In this document: piece after piece, positions 8,582 to 19,161 of the stretch | Position numbering within the stretch: the stretch's first letter is position 1 | How the letters are laid out: each line of letters begins with the position of its first letter | NCBI GenBank assembly: GCA_965228735.1 | Contig: OZ245838.1 | Location: forward strand, 3,136,001-3,200,000 | Source: Planctomycetota bacterium | GTDB lineage: Bacteria; Planctomycetota; UBA1135; UBA2386 | Length of the DNA: 64,000 nucleotides | Reading direction: 5' to 3' | Translations under genes and position numbers: made by a program | The notes under the pieces: model-generated | What the model was told of the DNA's origin: nothing | The model's database searches: none | Seen by the model: only the letters and a program-made list of their open reading frames with translations

Positions 8582-10276
8582 CTACGGCACGATGGTCATC
8601 CGTGTGGCGTTCGTGGTCCACGTCGTCGCGGACCAGTCGCTCGGGGTAATCGCCGCAGCGTGCTGAACGCTGAGCCCGACCAGGAAGCCGAGCGTCCCCG
8701 CCGGCAGGTTGATCGTGGCCTGCGCTGCGCCGTTGGCGTCGAGCTGCGCGAACGTGTTCGTGTAGGTGGCAGAGTTGGCGTTCTGCACGACGAAGTCGAA
8801 GTACCAGTCCTGGTTCAACGGCAGCACACGCGGCCCCAGTTGCAGCCCCGGCGCGAAGCCACTGGCCGAACCGAAGATGGCATAGGTCTGTCCGGCGAAC
8901 GCCGGGCCGGCGGTGATGTCGATCGTCTGCGTGCCACCCGCACCAGCCGAGATCTCGATCGGCGCCGCCGCCATCGTCGGCAGGGCGGGAGTGTAGACCC
9001 GCACGTTGCCGTTGCCGGTGGCCTGGTTGCTCGGGTTGACGTACGGGTTGTAGAGCGGTTCACCGACGCCGAGGTCCTCGAGACCGTCGTCGTTGGTGTC
9101 GCCGAGGTTGGCGACCGAGTAGCCATACCAAGTGCCCTGAAACGTCGTCGCGCGGCTCGATAGAGGGTTGCCCGTGTCACCGGACAGGACCTCGACGCGG
9201 CCGGCCGTTCCCGCGGACGACAGCGTGACCCGCCGGCCGACTGCACCGACCGCGATGTCACGCACGCCGTCGAGATCGATGTCCCCGGCGCTCGCGACCG
9301 AGAATCCGTACCGATCTTCGGTGTTGATACCAGCGCGCGAGAACCGCGGCACGAGAGTGGAGTTGGCGAAGTCGATCGCGAACGCCGTGATCGAGCCGGT
9401 CGAGTTCTGGTTCTGGCTCGGACCCGTCTGTGGTGAACCGCAGACGATGTCCATCGCACCGTCATCATCGAAATCGTCGGCGGCGATGGACGTGAACCGC
9501 GAAGTGGTCGAGGTGAAGCTTGCGAGCGGCGTCGAGCTGCCCATCGAGTGAATGACGATCTCGGATGAACTGTGGCCTTGGGGATACACGCCGGCCAACT
9601 CCACTGCACCGTCGGCATCGACATCGCCGAGCGCGGCGACGTTCACCGACCAGAACGACGTGGTGGAGAACGTGGCCAGCGCGTTGCCGGTAGCACCGTC
9701 GAAGACGGTGATGCCGAGACCGTCACTCGCCACCGCGTATTCACTCAGCTGATCACCGTCGATCGAGCCCAGCGAGACGATCGCCGCCGGGGAGTATCCG
9801 TTCGCCGGCACCGCAGTCTGGCGCAGCGTCGCGCCCGTGGCTCCCGACAGGATCGTGACGCGCTGATACGCGTGTTCGCCCACGCCGACGTCCGGCACAC
9901 CATCGCCGTCGATATCGCCGACCCTGGCGACGAGCGGCACGTACGGAAAGAACGACCCGATCGGCCAGGGGAACGTGCGCGACCAGAGTTGCGCGCCAGT
10001 CGATCCCGAATACGCGATCGCCGTGCCCCTTCCCGCAACGACGAAGTCCGCGGCGAAGTCGCCATCGATGTCGGCGAGCGGGCACATGTGGGTGCCGAGG
10101 TCACTGGGCGTATTGGGGCTCGACCCGATCAACAGGAGAAGGCGGTCGGCCTCGGCCGGAGGCTGGGCATGTGCGAAGCCGACGAGCGCGGCAACGGGAG
10201 CGAGCGAGCGGAGCAGAGAGCGGATCGCCGGTCCCGCGGACCGGCGCCTGGGAATGTAGCTTGGTTCGTTGAACAT
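8582..10276 (-). CDS. secreted FG-GAP (integrin-alpha-like) repeat protein with subtype-B C-terminal domain
   Basis: Repeated GDIDGDGVPDVGVG, FGFSVASAGDIDLDG and GDTNDDGLEDLGVG; hydrophobic segment ending AHA-Q; start uncertain. Confidence 0.85.
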   Translation of the reverse strand: MFNEPSYIPRRRSAGPAIRSLLRSLAPVAALVGFAHAQPPAEADRLLLLIGSSPNTPSDLGTHMCPLADIDGDFAADFVVAGRGTAIAYSGSTGAQLWSRTFPWPIGSFFPYVPLVARVGDIDGDGVPDVGVGEHAYQRVTILSGATGATLRQTAVPANGYSPAAIVSLGSIDGDQLSEYAVASDGLGITVFDGATGNALATFSTTSFWSVNVAALGDVDADGAVELAGVYPQGHSSSEIVIHSMGSSTPLASFTSTTSRFTSIAADDFDDDGAMDIVCGSPQTGPSQNQNSTGSITAFAIDFANSTLVPRFSRAGINTEDRYGFSVASAGDIDLDGVRDIAVGAVGRRVTLSSAGTAGRVEVLSGDTGNPLSSRATTFQGTWYGYSVANLGDTNDDGLEDLGVGEPLYNPYVNPSNQATGNGNVRVYTPALPTMAAAPIEISAGAGGTQTIDITAGPAFAGQTYAIFGSASGFAPGLQLGPRVLPLNQDWYFDFVVQNANSATYTNTFAQLDANGAAQATINLPAGTLGFLVGLSVQHAAAITPSDWSATTWTTNATRMTIVP

Positions 10277-10390
10277 GACAGATGTCGGAAGTTCGTAGGA
10301 GGTTCGGTAAAGGACGACATGCGCCAGGGCGCACGCCAGCGTTCGTGTCGCGGCGCCAGGCGAAAGTTCTGCGATCCTCGGAGGCCGCAC

Positions 10391-10598
10391 TTACGCGCGC
10401 GGGAATCGCGCCCGATACGGCAGCGACAGCACCCATTGCCGCACCGGCACCCGGGGATCACCCTGGTCGACGAGCCACGCCGCCGGGTCGAGCAACCCGC
10501 CGCGACCCGCACGACGGGCGGGAGCCGCGTCCCTTGCACGAGCACGCGACCAAGTCGTCCGTGCCGCAGTTCCCACGGTGCAGGTGGGCGAAACCGTG
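10391..10598 (-). pseudogene. IS91/ISCR-family transposase fragment (N-terminal zinc-binding region), frameshifted
   Basis: Minus strand reads HGFAHLHRGNCGTDDLVACSCKGRGSRPSCGSRR, then after a frameshift AAWLVDQGDPRVPVRQWVLSLPYRAR-stop; this matches the IS91-family pattern HGF...C..C...LVAFSCKGRGFCPSCG.RR...AA.LVD...P.VPVRQWVLS. Confidence 0.85.
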
Positions 10599-10862
10599 CG
10601 TTTGCCGAGCTCCGGGATCATCGCGTAACGCGTGACCATCTCGCGCACCGTGTCGGTCGCCCGCGCCAGGTCGTCGCCCGCGCTGGTGCTCTCATGGCGC
10701 GAGGGATCCAAGGGACGACTGGAGGCCATCTCCTTGATGTTGCGTGTTCGGCCAGCGCCGGAGTCGACGCGTGGACAACAGCACAGCAAAGTCTGGCTGA
10801 TCTGAACGGGGGCCAAAGCAGAAGCCGCCGACGCTGCCGCGCCGGGCGTGCAACCGGCCGGT

Positions 10863-12554
10863 TCAGCCAGCCTGGTGCATGGTGATCTGCGTGAACGGAA
10901 TGACCCACCCGTGTTCGTTGCAGGCATCGACGAGGGTTCGTTGCGTGAGACGCTGCAGCGCGTCATAGCGCGCCGCGACGTCCCCGCTGAGATCGATGAT
11001 CACCTCGTAGTCCAACGACGACGCGCCGGCCTCCTTGAACTCGACCGCCAGGCTGATGAGGTTGTCCGCGCCGACCTTCGCGCTGATCGCATCGGTAAGG
11101 TGTTCGTGCATCAGCGTGGGGATCCGATCCGTGGAGATCGCCTGATGCTGGTAGTCGACGCCAAACGTCACGCTCAAGCGGAAGTTGGCAGAGATGTTCT
11201 CCGGCGTCGCCGCCAGGAAGTCAGTCGTGCGATACGTGACGCGGCTCCCACCGAGCTTGACGAGCTGCACCATTTCGGGCGTCTGCTTCAACACCTTGCC
11301 ACGGGTGCCATCCGAGAGCCGAACCCAATCGCCCTCGCTACTCGGGAACCACGCCTCCTTCTCCTGAACCGGTCGCGAATGCAGTCCGATCAGATCGCGA
11401 AGCGGGAGCCGGATCTGCCCACCCGAGAGCGCGGGGTTGGAGAGCCGAGAGTAGAGGCTCAATCGATCGACGCGCCACGGCAGCCCCTCGAACAGGATCC
11501 GCTCCGCCTCACGCACCGGCCCGAGGTTGAGCACCATGCGGATCTCCTCGACCAGGCGCGGCAGCGTGTTCTTCGCCGTCCACACCACCCCCAACAGAAA
11601 CACCAGCCCCAAGCCGAGCAGCACCCAGTCGGCTGCGGCGTAGAGCACCATCAAGCCTGCAGCGACTGCGAGCGCGCCGATGACCGCCTGGCTGAGAACG
11701 CTGATGAGCCGGAAGTAGAACGGCTGGCCCTCCGCCTTGCGCCGACGTGGCACCAGACGCAGGGCTCGATTCGCCGCGAAACGCAGCCCGAAGAACACCG
11801 CGATCATCGCGAACAGCGCCTGCAACAGGGTCAGTCCCTTGTCGCGGAACCCGCCGCCGATGAACGCGCTGATCGAACCGAACACCGACTTGCGATCCCG
11901 CTTGCGCTGGTCGAGCTGCGCCTGCACCACGGTCCGACTGCCGACGGCGCCCGCCCGGATCTCCTCCCATTGGGCCTGCGCAGTCGAGAGCTCGGCCCGT
12001 ACGTCGTCGCTCGAGGCCTCGCGCTGAAGCGCGCGAATGTTGTCGATTGCCGTCGTCGCGAGCTCGGCCTTACGGGTCTGGATCGCAACCTGGGTCTTGA
12101 GTCGATCCAGCTCGCGCGGTTCCTCGGTCAGGTTCTTCAGTTCCTGCAGAAGCGGACGGAGCAGTTCCTCGAGGTCCTGGTTGAGCGTCGTACTGCGCGC
12201 CGCCAAGTCGAGCTGCGAACGGTCGATCCCCGTCGCAACCGAATCGAAGTCGGCCTCGAGTCTCTCGAGCTGGCTCTGGAGGTCGGCGACCGCTTTCTGC
12301 CCGTCCGGGCTGAACCGGCTCGGAGCATTGCGCGCCTCATTCAACTCCTCCCGCTTCTTCGCCAGAGCCTCGACCAGCGTCCGAACCGCCGGCAGCGCAA
12401 CCCCTGCTCGACTCGTCGTCGCCGCCGGGTTCGGCGTCTCGGGTTGCTGCGTTGCCGGATCTGGAGACTGCGGATCCTTGCCAGTCGGCGACTCGGCCTG
12501 AGCGAGCACCGCGGGCACACACGCAAGGAGCACAAGGAGCGTCAACAGCCGCAT
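10863..12554 (-). CDS. MscS-family mechanosensitive channel with long periplasmic coiled-coil
   Basis: Signal peptide, coiled-coil, three TM segments, and an MscS C-domain (VTFGVDY, VEFKEAGASSLDY, IPFTQITMH). Confidence 0.8.
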   Translation of the reverse strand: MRLLTLLVLLACVPAVLAQAESPTGKDPQSPDPATQQPETPNPAATTSRAGVALPAVRTLVEALAKKREELNEARNAPSRFSPDGQKAVADLQSQLERLEADFDSVATGIDRSQLDLAARSTTLNQDLEELLRPLLQELKNLTEEPRELDRLKTQVAIQTRKAELATTAIDNIRALQREASSDDVRAELSTAQAQWEEIRAGAVGSRTVVQAQLDQRKRDRKSVFGSISAFIGGGFRDKGLTLLQALFAMIAVFFGLRFAANRALRLVPRRRKAEGQPFYFRLISVLSQAVIGALAVAAGLMVLYAAADWVLLGLGLVFLLGVVWTAKNTLPRLVEEIRMVLNLGPVREAERILFEGLPWRVDRLSLYSRLSNPALSGGQIRLPLRDLIGLHSRPVQEKEAWFPSSEGDWVRLSDGTRGKVLKQTPEMVQLVKLGGSRVTYRTTDFLAATPENISANFRLSVTFGVDYQHQAISTDRIPTLMHEHLTDAISAKVGADNLISLAVEFKEAGASSLDYEVIIDLSGDVAARYDALQRLTQRTLVDACNEHGWVIPFTQITMHQAG

Positions 12555-12608
12555 ACTGGGCCTCCATTCTTCAGGAGCTTGGGCAGCTCATCGTCAAAGT
12601 CCGCCGGG

Positions 12609-13658
12609 TCACGATTCCATGTCGTTCGCCGAGATTCCGCGCAGCAATCGACCGAGTAGATCGGCACCGGTGACAACGCGCCGCTGCTCGCCCCAGAGCA
12701 GCACGATGTCACGATCGATCACGTCATCTTCATCGTGTTCTTTGTCGACTCGCAATCGGCGCAACAGCTTGCCGATCGGCAGCGAAGCGTCCTCGGTGAG
12801 GATCGGCCGGTGACAGAACGTGTAGGGGTCGAACCCGGGGCCATCACTCAAGACCGCGCGCAAGAACGCGTCGGCGTCGAGCACGAGCCGGGGTGAGTCG
12901 GCTGGGTCGGTCAGGATCACCCACTTGCGATCCGACTTCGCGACCGCCGCGACGAACGGGTCGTCACCTCGGTTCTCGAACTCCGGGATGATCGGAAGAT
13001 CGAGGCGAACCGGCAGCGGGATCACGCTCGCCGGGTCGACCGGCTCTCCTTCCTCGCGGATGGCCAGATCGTCGAGCGACAAGAAGTTGAGCGCACCCTT
13101 GCCTTCGCGGTGATCGAGGTCCGCCTCTTCGGCATGCATGTGCTTCTCGATGATGGCCTTCAGGTGCTCTTCCCGAACGTAGTGCATGCCGTCGGGGCCG
13201 AGCCACGAATCGAGGAGCTTCGCACTCGGAAACGCCACCGGCCAGAGCAGCCGCCGGTAGAAGCCGATCACCGGCGCCAGTCGCGCCCCCATCCGCAGTG
13301 CGTGACGCGAGAAGTACGCCTGCGGAATGATCTCACCGATGAACGTGATGCCGAACGTTGACACGAAGAACGCCGCCATGCCGGCGAGCGCCGAGTCCAT
13401 CAACAGGGTCAGCAGCGTGTTGACGGCGACGTTGCCCCACAGAATCGTCGTCAGCAGCAGGTTCGCATCCTGCCGCAGCGTCATGACCTTGGCGGCGTCA
13501 GCGCTGCCGTGCTCCGCTTCGATCTCCAATTGCAACCGCGGCAGACTGAAGAGCGCGAGGTTCAGGCCACTGAACATCGCCGAGTGCAGCAGGCACAGCG
13601 CGATGCCGCCCCAAGTAGCGACCTCGATCCAAGCAGAGGCCTCGAAGGAAAGGAGCAT
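12609..13658 (-). CDS. CNNM/DUF21 domain membrane protein (CorB/CorC-related)
   Basis: SAMFSGLNLALFSL, LLTTILWGNVAVN and FIGEIIPQ are DUF21 hallmarks; the CBS-like tail is degenerate. Confidence 0.88.
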   Translation of the reverse strand: MLLSFEASAWIEVATWGGIALCLLHSAMFSGLNLALFSLPRLQLEIEAEHGSADAAKVMTLRQDANLLLTTILWGNVAVNTLLTLLMDSALAGMAAFFVSTFGITFIGEIIPQAYFSRHALRMGARLAPVIGFYRRLLWPVAFPSAKLLDSWLGPDGMHYVREEHLKAIIEKHMHAEEADLDHREGKGALNFLSLDDLAIREEGEPVDPASVIPLPVRLDLPIIPEFENRGDDPFVAAVAKSDRKWVILTDPADSPRLVLDADAFLRAVLSDGPGFDPYTFCHRPILTEDASLPIGKLLRRLRVDKEHDEDDVIDRDIVLLWGEQRRVVTGADLLGRLLRGISANDMES

Positions 13659-13750
13659 GAAGGCTGGGAATCGCGGGTGTTGGGGAACGGCTGCTTGGGG
13701 GACAGCTCAGATCCGCCTGCGGCGATTCGATCTGGCGTCCTTGGCAGCGT

Positions 13751-13960
13751 AGTTCAAAGGCGCCAGGACCTCGCACGGCATTCCGCGGACGCTTGCTGCG
13801 CTGCAATTGCATTGCGCGGCATGGCGCGGGGCGGGCGGGCGGGCCGAGCGACGGATTGCGAAGATCCCGAGCCCGAAAACGCGGCGAACCGGATCCTGAG
13901 CAACCTTGGGAGCCTGACGTGACCGACGAACGCCACCCCCCAGAACCGCAGACAGCGTGC
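13751..13960 (-). mobile_element. possible degenerate IS91/ISCR 3' end (transposase tail plus oriIS-like sequence)
   Basis: Minus strand gives C..FWGVAFV...RLL...PARPP, loosely like the IS91 tail (C..CGG.M..IAFI...RIL..LG...PARxPP), followed by GCCTTTGAACT, similar to the start of ISCR oriIS as I recall it. Weak. Confidence 0.3.
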
Positions 13961-14087
13961 CCGACCGCATCCGTGAAGCTCGCCTTGACGGTCCGCCCGG
14001 TCTTCGACCAACCCAGTGCCGATCGCGCCGCGGGCGGCGAGTGAGAGAAGGCGAGGACCGGTCGCGCGGCCAGGCCAGCGTCGCGGG

Positions 14088-16547
14088 CTACAACGCGCTG
14101 CCGACCCGCACGCTGACCGCGTTGGTCGCCGTGAGCGACACCGGGTTGCCCTGACCGTCGAGTTCGACCGGGAACATCTGGTGGTGGAACTCGACGCCGA
14201 TCAGACCCGGATCGAACGGCAGATCGAACTGTCGGATCACGCGGCCGTCGACCGGCACCAGGAGCTGGTTGGCCAGCGGCAGCACGTGGTCGATGCAGCC
14301 CGCCGGCGCAAACGGCGTCAGCGTGCTGAGTGCGATGTTCGTCGTCTGCAGACCGATGACGTCGAAGACCACGCCGCTGGCCGGCAGCTCGCTGCCGCGG
14401 CCGCGGTAGTACAGCCCGATCTGCGGCCAGGTCACGGCCGCCAATCGGTTGGCGCCGCCCGAACCGGGGCAACCGCTGCCGAGCGCCGTCGCTTTCGGCA
14501 GACACGGGTTCGTGGCGATCGCGTACTCGCGATCGAAGAAGCTGCCGACCTGGACCTCGGCGAACAGTTCGCCGGACGGTCGCACGGCGGCGTGCCAGAC
14601 CGGTTGGCCGGGGCCGCCGGCGACGTCGTGCCACGTCTGCCCGTCCCAGCGCGCCGCGAACGCACTGTTCGGTGAGCCGCCGGTCGTCGTGAACGCGCCG
14701 AGGGCGAGGCAATCGCCGTTCGGCAGCGTCATGAGGTCGTAGACCTCGGCGTTGAAGCCAGCGCCGATCGACTGCCAGGAGACGCCGTCGTACTCCATGA
14801 TCACGGGCTGCGGGTTCGGGAACACGTTGGGGGTCCAAGCCACGACGACCGACCCGTTCGGACCGGCGGCGATGTGCTCGGCCGAGCTCACCTGGAAGTT
14901 CGGATCGAGGCTGTGCCAGAGCAGGCCGTCCCAGCGACCGACGCGGCCCTGCAGCGGCCAGAACGACGAGCCGCTGCCGCCGATGGCGAGCAGGTCGCCA
15001 TTCGGGGCCTCGACGAGGTCGTCGATGTCGAACGCGCCGGGGATGTCGACCCAGCTCGTGCCGTCCCACTCGCTGACCGCGTCATCCCAGGCCACGACCT
15101 TGCCGTTCTGGCGCGTGAAGATGCCCCACGCGTTCTCGGTCGAAATCTGCAGCCAGGCCGAACCGGTCCACTGCAGCACCTGGTTGAACGCCGCGAGGTA
15201 GATCTCGCCGGCATCGGTGGTCGCCACGCCATAACACGGTGACGGCGCGCTGTTGCCGATCGGGATCCAGGTCGTGCCGTTCCAGCGCGCGACGTTGGTG
15301 GCCGCGACACCGCCGATCTGGGAGAACGAGCCGGCCGCGACGACATCGCCGTTCGGCAACACGCTGAAGTCATAGGCGATTCCGATCGTGCCACCCGGCG
15401 AGCCGGTCCAGGTCGTGCCATCCCACAGAATCAGGCTGCGGGCGTTGCTCGTCGGCGGACTGAAGGTCGAGAAGTTGCCGCCTGCGATCAGCGCGGTGCC
15501 CGATCCGGGCAACGCGGCGACCGCGAAGGCCGCTTGCTGGAACCCGAACGTCGCCATCGTGGACCACGAGGAGCCGTCCCAGCGGTCGATCGCCGGGCCC
15601 TGCGTCGGCGCGCCGTTGCGCGCGATCGCCAACGACATGTCGCCGAGCTCCGTCACCGCGTTCGGACGGCCGTTTGGCGTGCCGAGCAACTGCCAGCTGG
15701 TGCCATCCCAGCTCGCCACTGCCCCGCCGTTCGAGACCGTGCCGACGACGACGACGTCGCCGCTGGCCCGCTCGACCGCGCCCTGGACGCAATCGAAGGC
15801 CGGGACGCCCGGCACGGCCTGCCAGCTGGCGCCGTCCCAGACCGCGTAGTGCCGCACGGTCGGAGCGGCGACCACTTCGAACTGACCGCCGGCGAGCACG
15901 TCCCCGTTGGGCCGCACGATCAGACTGAGAACCCCGAACCGCGTCTGCGCGCAGCCGAGGTTGAACGCCAGCCCGCCCCCCGCCTGCTGCCAGTTGGATC
16001 CGTTCCACTCGGCGAAGTAGGTCAGCGGACTGCCGCCCGACATCGTGAAGTCGCCGCCGGCGTAGATCGCGCCACCCCCACCGACGGCGAGCGCGCGGAC
16101 CGAGACCCCGGGCTGCGACACGTCGAAGCCGACTCCGATGGGCTGCCAGTTCGTGCCGTTCCAGCGCGCGACGCCGTTGCAAGTCACGCCGCCCGCATTG
16201 AGAAAGGCTCCGCCGACCAGCAGGTCACCATTGGAGTCGACCGCGAGCGCGTTGATCAAGCCGTCGGTGCCGGCGCCGAGCGGCGACCATGAGCCGGAGA
16301 CCGGATCGTAGAGCGCGACGTTCGCGGCCGGGATGCCGCCGGCCTCCTGAAAGCCGCCGGCCACGACCATGACCTCCGGCTGCGGCCCCGCGCCATCGGG
16401 GTCCCACCGCAGCAGGGCCCGGACCTGGCCGCTGACACCGAACCCGAGCTGCACGAGGTTGTTCCAGCTGGGCGGACACTGTGCCGGCAGGCTCGTCGTC
16501 AGCGCCAGGAGAACGGGAAACAAGAACGGAAGGAAGCGCTGACTCAT
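14088..16547 (-). CDS. secreted beta-propeller repeat protein (WDG repeats) with shared C-terminal domain, paralog 3
   Basis: Signal peptide LPA-QC, WDPDGAGP motif, repeats of xxLPNGDxxxGGxF...VARWNG, and C-terminal GSGCPG...PQIG...LPFDPGLIG...TNAVSVRVG. Confidence 0.85.
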   Translation of the reverse strand: MSQRFLPFLFPVLLALTTSLPAQCPPSWNNLVQLGFGVSGQVRALLRWDPDGAGPQPEVMVVAGGFQEAGGIPAANVALYDPVSGSWSPLGAGTDGLINALAVDSNGDLLVGGAFLNAGGVTCNGVARWNGTNWQPIGVGFDVSQPGVSVRALAVGGGGAIYAGGDFTMSGGSPLTYFAEWNGSNWQQAGGGLAFNLGCAQTRFGVLSLIVRPNGDVLAGGQFEVVAAPTVRHYAVWDGASWQAVPGVPAFDCVQGAVERASGDVVVVGTVSNGGAVASWDGTSWQLLGTPNGRPNAVTELGDMSLAIARNGAPTQGPAIDRWDGSSWSTMATFGFQQAAFAVAALPGSGTALIAGGNFSTFSPPTSNARSLILWDGTTWTGSPGGTIGIAYDFSVLPNGDVVAAGSFSQIGGVAATNVARWNGTTWIPIGNSAPSPCYGVATTDAGEIYLAAFNQVLQWTGSAWLQISTENAWGIFTRQNGKVVAWDDAVSEWDGTSWVDIPGAFDIDDLVEAPNGDLLAIGGSGSSFWPLQGRVGRWDGLLWHSLDPNFQVSSAEHIAAGPNGSVVVAWTPNVFPNPQPVIMEYDGVSWQSIGAGFNAEVYDLMTLPNGDCLALGAFTTTGGSPNSAFAARWDGQTWHDVAGGPGQPVWHAAVRPSGELFAEVQVGSFFDREYAIATNPCLPKATALGSGCPGSGGANRLAAVTWPQIGLYYRGRGSELPASGVVFDVIGLQTTNIALSTLTPFAPAGCIDHVLPLANQLLVPVDGRVIRQFDLPFDPGLIGVEFHHQMFPVELDGQGNPVSLTATNAVSVRVGSAL

Positions 16548-16614
16548 CGCCGTAGGTCGGGAGTGCGAGTTCGGGGAAGGAATGCGATCGGGGAAGGACG
16601 GCCGTCGGTTGCGA

Positions 16615-19161
16615 TCAGAAGACACCGATCGTGAGCGCCAGAGCATTCGAACTGCTCAGCGACAGAAGCGAGCCCTGCGCGTCGAGCTCGCCCTGCACGA
16701 ACTGGTGGACCAGCGACACGCCGGCGAAGGCCGGGTCGTTCGGGATCACGATCGCGGCGCCAGCCATGCCGTTGGTCGGACCGACGAGCTGCACCGACTC
16801 GGTGCTCGTCAGCAGGTCACAACCCGGAATGCCGGTCGGGTGGAGCACGCTCAGCGGCTGACTCTGACCGGTCAGACCGACCAGCGACACGCCGAGGCTG
16901 CCGGGTGCGAAGCCGGATACGTTCGAGACGAAGGCCTCACCGACCCATGGGTCCGTCGTGTTGGTGAGCGTCATCGCGCCCGCCGGGCCGACGCAGCTGG
17001 TCGCGACGGTGTTGACCGTTGCCGGGCAGGTCGTGGCCAATCTGGCGAGGAAGGTCGAGGCGCGACCGTCCATCGCGGTGAACGTACCGCCCACGACCAC
17101 GACACCGTCGCGCGCGAGACCGACGGTGTACACGTCGTCGTTCGCGCCGGCCCCGAACGGTGACCAGTTCACACCGTCCCAGCGCGCGATGCGCGGCGCG
17201 GTGTTGCCACCGGCCTGGAAGAAGTCGCCGCCGACGATCAGGTCGCCGCCCGGCAGCACCTCGACCGCTCGCACCGCGCCGCTCACACCGACACCGAGTG
17301 GGGCGAACGTCGCGCCGTCCCAGCTCGCGATGCGGTTGGTGGCGACGCCGCCGATGGTCGTGAAGTAGCCGCCGATGATCAGCTCACCGCTGTCGCGAAC
17401 GGTCAGCGACCGGCCGCCGCTGCCGAGGCCGGAGCCGATCATCTTCCACGACGTGCCGTCCCACTGCGCCAGGTTGCCGAGCGACGAGAAGTCGCCGGTC
17501 GCCACCAGATCACCGTTCGGCAGGACCGCGAGATCGTAGACCGTCGCAAAGCTGCCGGTGATACCGGCGCCGAGCGCGTGCCAGTTGGCGCCGTCCCAGC
17601 GCGCGACCCGACTGGCCGGAATGCCGCCGGCCGTCGTGAAGAAGCCGCCGACCGCGATGTCGCCGTTGCTCATCTCGACGATCGCGCGGACGCCGCTGGA
17701 GACACCGGCGCCGAGCGCCGTCCACGCCGAGCCGTCCCAGCACGCGATGTTCTGGGCCGGGACGCCGCCGGCCTGCCCGAAGAATCCTGCCGCGATCAAC
17801 TTGCCGTTCGACAGGGCGAGCAGATCCGTCACGCTGCCGTCGATGCCCGTCCCGAGCGGCTGCCAGCCGGTGCCGTCCCAGCGCGCGACGCCGGCGATCT
17901 CAGCGCCTTCGATCGTCCGGAACGAGCCGCCGACGACGAGGTCGCCGTTCGCCATCACGACCTGGGCCGTCACCGCGGCATCGGTACCCGGCGCCACGGG
18001 CGACCAGGTCGAGCCGTCGAAGCGGGCGATGTTGCGGGCGGGTCCGTCGCCGGTCATGTCGAAGTTGCCGCCGGCGACGATGTCGCCGTTCGTCAGCTCC
18101 GTGATCGCCAGCACGTAGTCGCTGGTGTAGGTCGAGATGCCGTTGCCGATCGGGCTCCACGTCGAGCCGTCCCAGCGCGCGATCTTGAAGGCCGGGCTGA
18201 TACCCGCCAGCGTGAAGTTGCCACCGACGAGCAGATCACCGTTGCTCGCCACGGTCATGGTGTGGACCCAGTTGTTGACACCGTTATTGGGGCCGGCGCC
18301 GAGCGCCGACCAGCTCGAGCCATCCCAGCGCGCGATGTAGTTCACCGATACGCCCGGCATGCTCGTGAACTGACCACCGACGATCACATCACCGTTCGGC
18401 AGACAGGCGACGGCCCGGGCCTCGGTCTGGACCGGACTGAACGGCACGCCGGCCCAATTGGTGCCGTTCCAGATGCGGATCGGACTCGCCGGGGTGCCGT
18501 TGGCCTGCCGCATCCACCCGCCGGCGACGATGTCGCCATTGGGGCGCAGGGCCAGCGAGGACACGCGGCTGCCCGAACCCGGGCCGATCCCGACAGCCAT
18601 GTCCGACCATGACGTGCCATCCCAGCGCGCGACTCGCAGCGCCTGGACGGGACCGGCCGTGCTGAACGACCCGCCGGCAATCAGATCACCGTTGGGCAGC
18701 GCCAGCAGCGCGTTCACGTCGCCGTTCACCCCGGCACCGAGCGGCGACCAGACGGTGCCGTCGAAGCTCGCGATCCGGTCGGCCGAGACGCCATCGATCG
18801 TGCTGAACCCGCCGCCCGCGATCAGCTGGCCGTTCGGCAGTCCGACCAGGGCGTCGACATCGTCGTTGGTGCCGGTACCGAGTGCGGACCAGGAAAGCGC
18901 CACCGGATCCCACATCGCGAGGTTTCGACCCGACACCGTGCCGGCAACCGTGAAGTCACCGCCGATCACCAGCTTGGGAGTCTGCGGCCCGGCGCCGTCG
19001 GGATCCCACATGGTCTGGCAGAAGACCCGGCCGAGCACACCGGGGTAGCCAGCACCGGGCTCCCATTGCGTGACACATTGGGCGGACGCCACCGCGGCCA
19101 GGGCCACGGAGAAGATCGGGACGAACAGCGCGGCTTGCATCGTGAATCGCGGGAGGTGCAT
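16615..19161 (-). CDS. secreted beta-propeller repeat protein (WDG repeats) with shared C-terminal domain, paralog 2
   Basis: ATG overlaps the upstream stop (TGATG); ASA-QC, WDPDGAGP, about 13-14 repeats of LPNGDLIAGGxF...IARWDG, and C-terminal IPNDPAFAG...SNALALTIG. Confidence 0.88.
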   Translation of the reverse strand: MHLPRFTMQAALFVPIFSVALAAVASAQCVTQWEPGAGYPGVLGRVFCQTMWDPDGAGPQTPKLVIGGDFTVAGTVSGRNLAMWDPVALSWSALGTGTNDDVDALVGLPNGQLIAGGGFSTIDGVSADRIASFDGTVWSPLGAGVNGDVNALLALPNGDLIAGGSFSTAGPVQALRVARWDGTSWSDMAVGIGPGSGSRVSSLALRPNGDIVAGGWMRQANGTPASPIRIWNGTNWAGVPFSPVQTEARAVACLPNGDVIVGGQFTSMPGVSVNYIARWDGSSWSALGAGPNNGVNNWVHTMTVASNGDLLVGGNFTLAGISPAFKIARWDGSTWSPIGNGISTYTSDYVLAITELTNGDIVAGGNFDMTGDGPARNIARFDGSTWSPVAPGTDAAVTAQVVMANGDLVVGGSFRTIEGAEIAGVARWDGTGWQPLGTGIDGSVTDLLALSNGKLIAAGFFGQAGGVPAQNIACWDGSAWTALGAGVSSGVRAIVEMSNGDIAVGGFFTTAGGIPASRVARWDGANWHALGAGITGSFATVYDLAVLPNGDLVATGDFSSLGNLAQWDGTSWKMIGSGLGSGGRSLTVRDSGELIIGGYFTTIGGVATNRIASWDGATFAPLGVGVSGAVRAVEVLPGGDLIVGGDFFQAGGNTAPRIARWDGVNWSPFGAGANDDVYTVGLARDGVVVVGGTFTAMDGRASTFLARLATTCPATVNTVATSCVGPAGAMTLTNTTDPWVGEAFVSNVSGFAPGSLGVSLVGLTGQSQPLSVLHPTGIPGCDLLTSTESVQLVGPTNGMAGAAIVIPNDPAFAGVSLVHQFVQGELDAQGSLLSLSSSNALALTIGVF

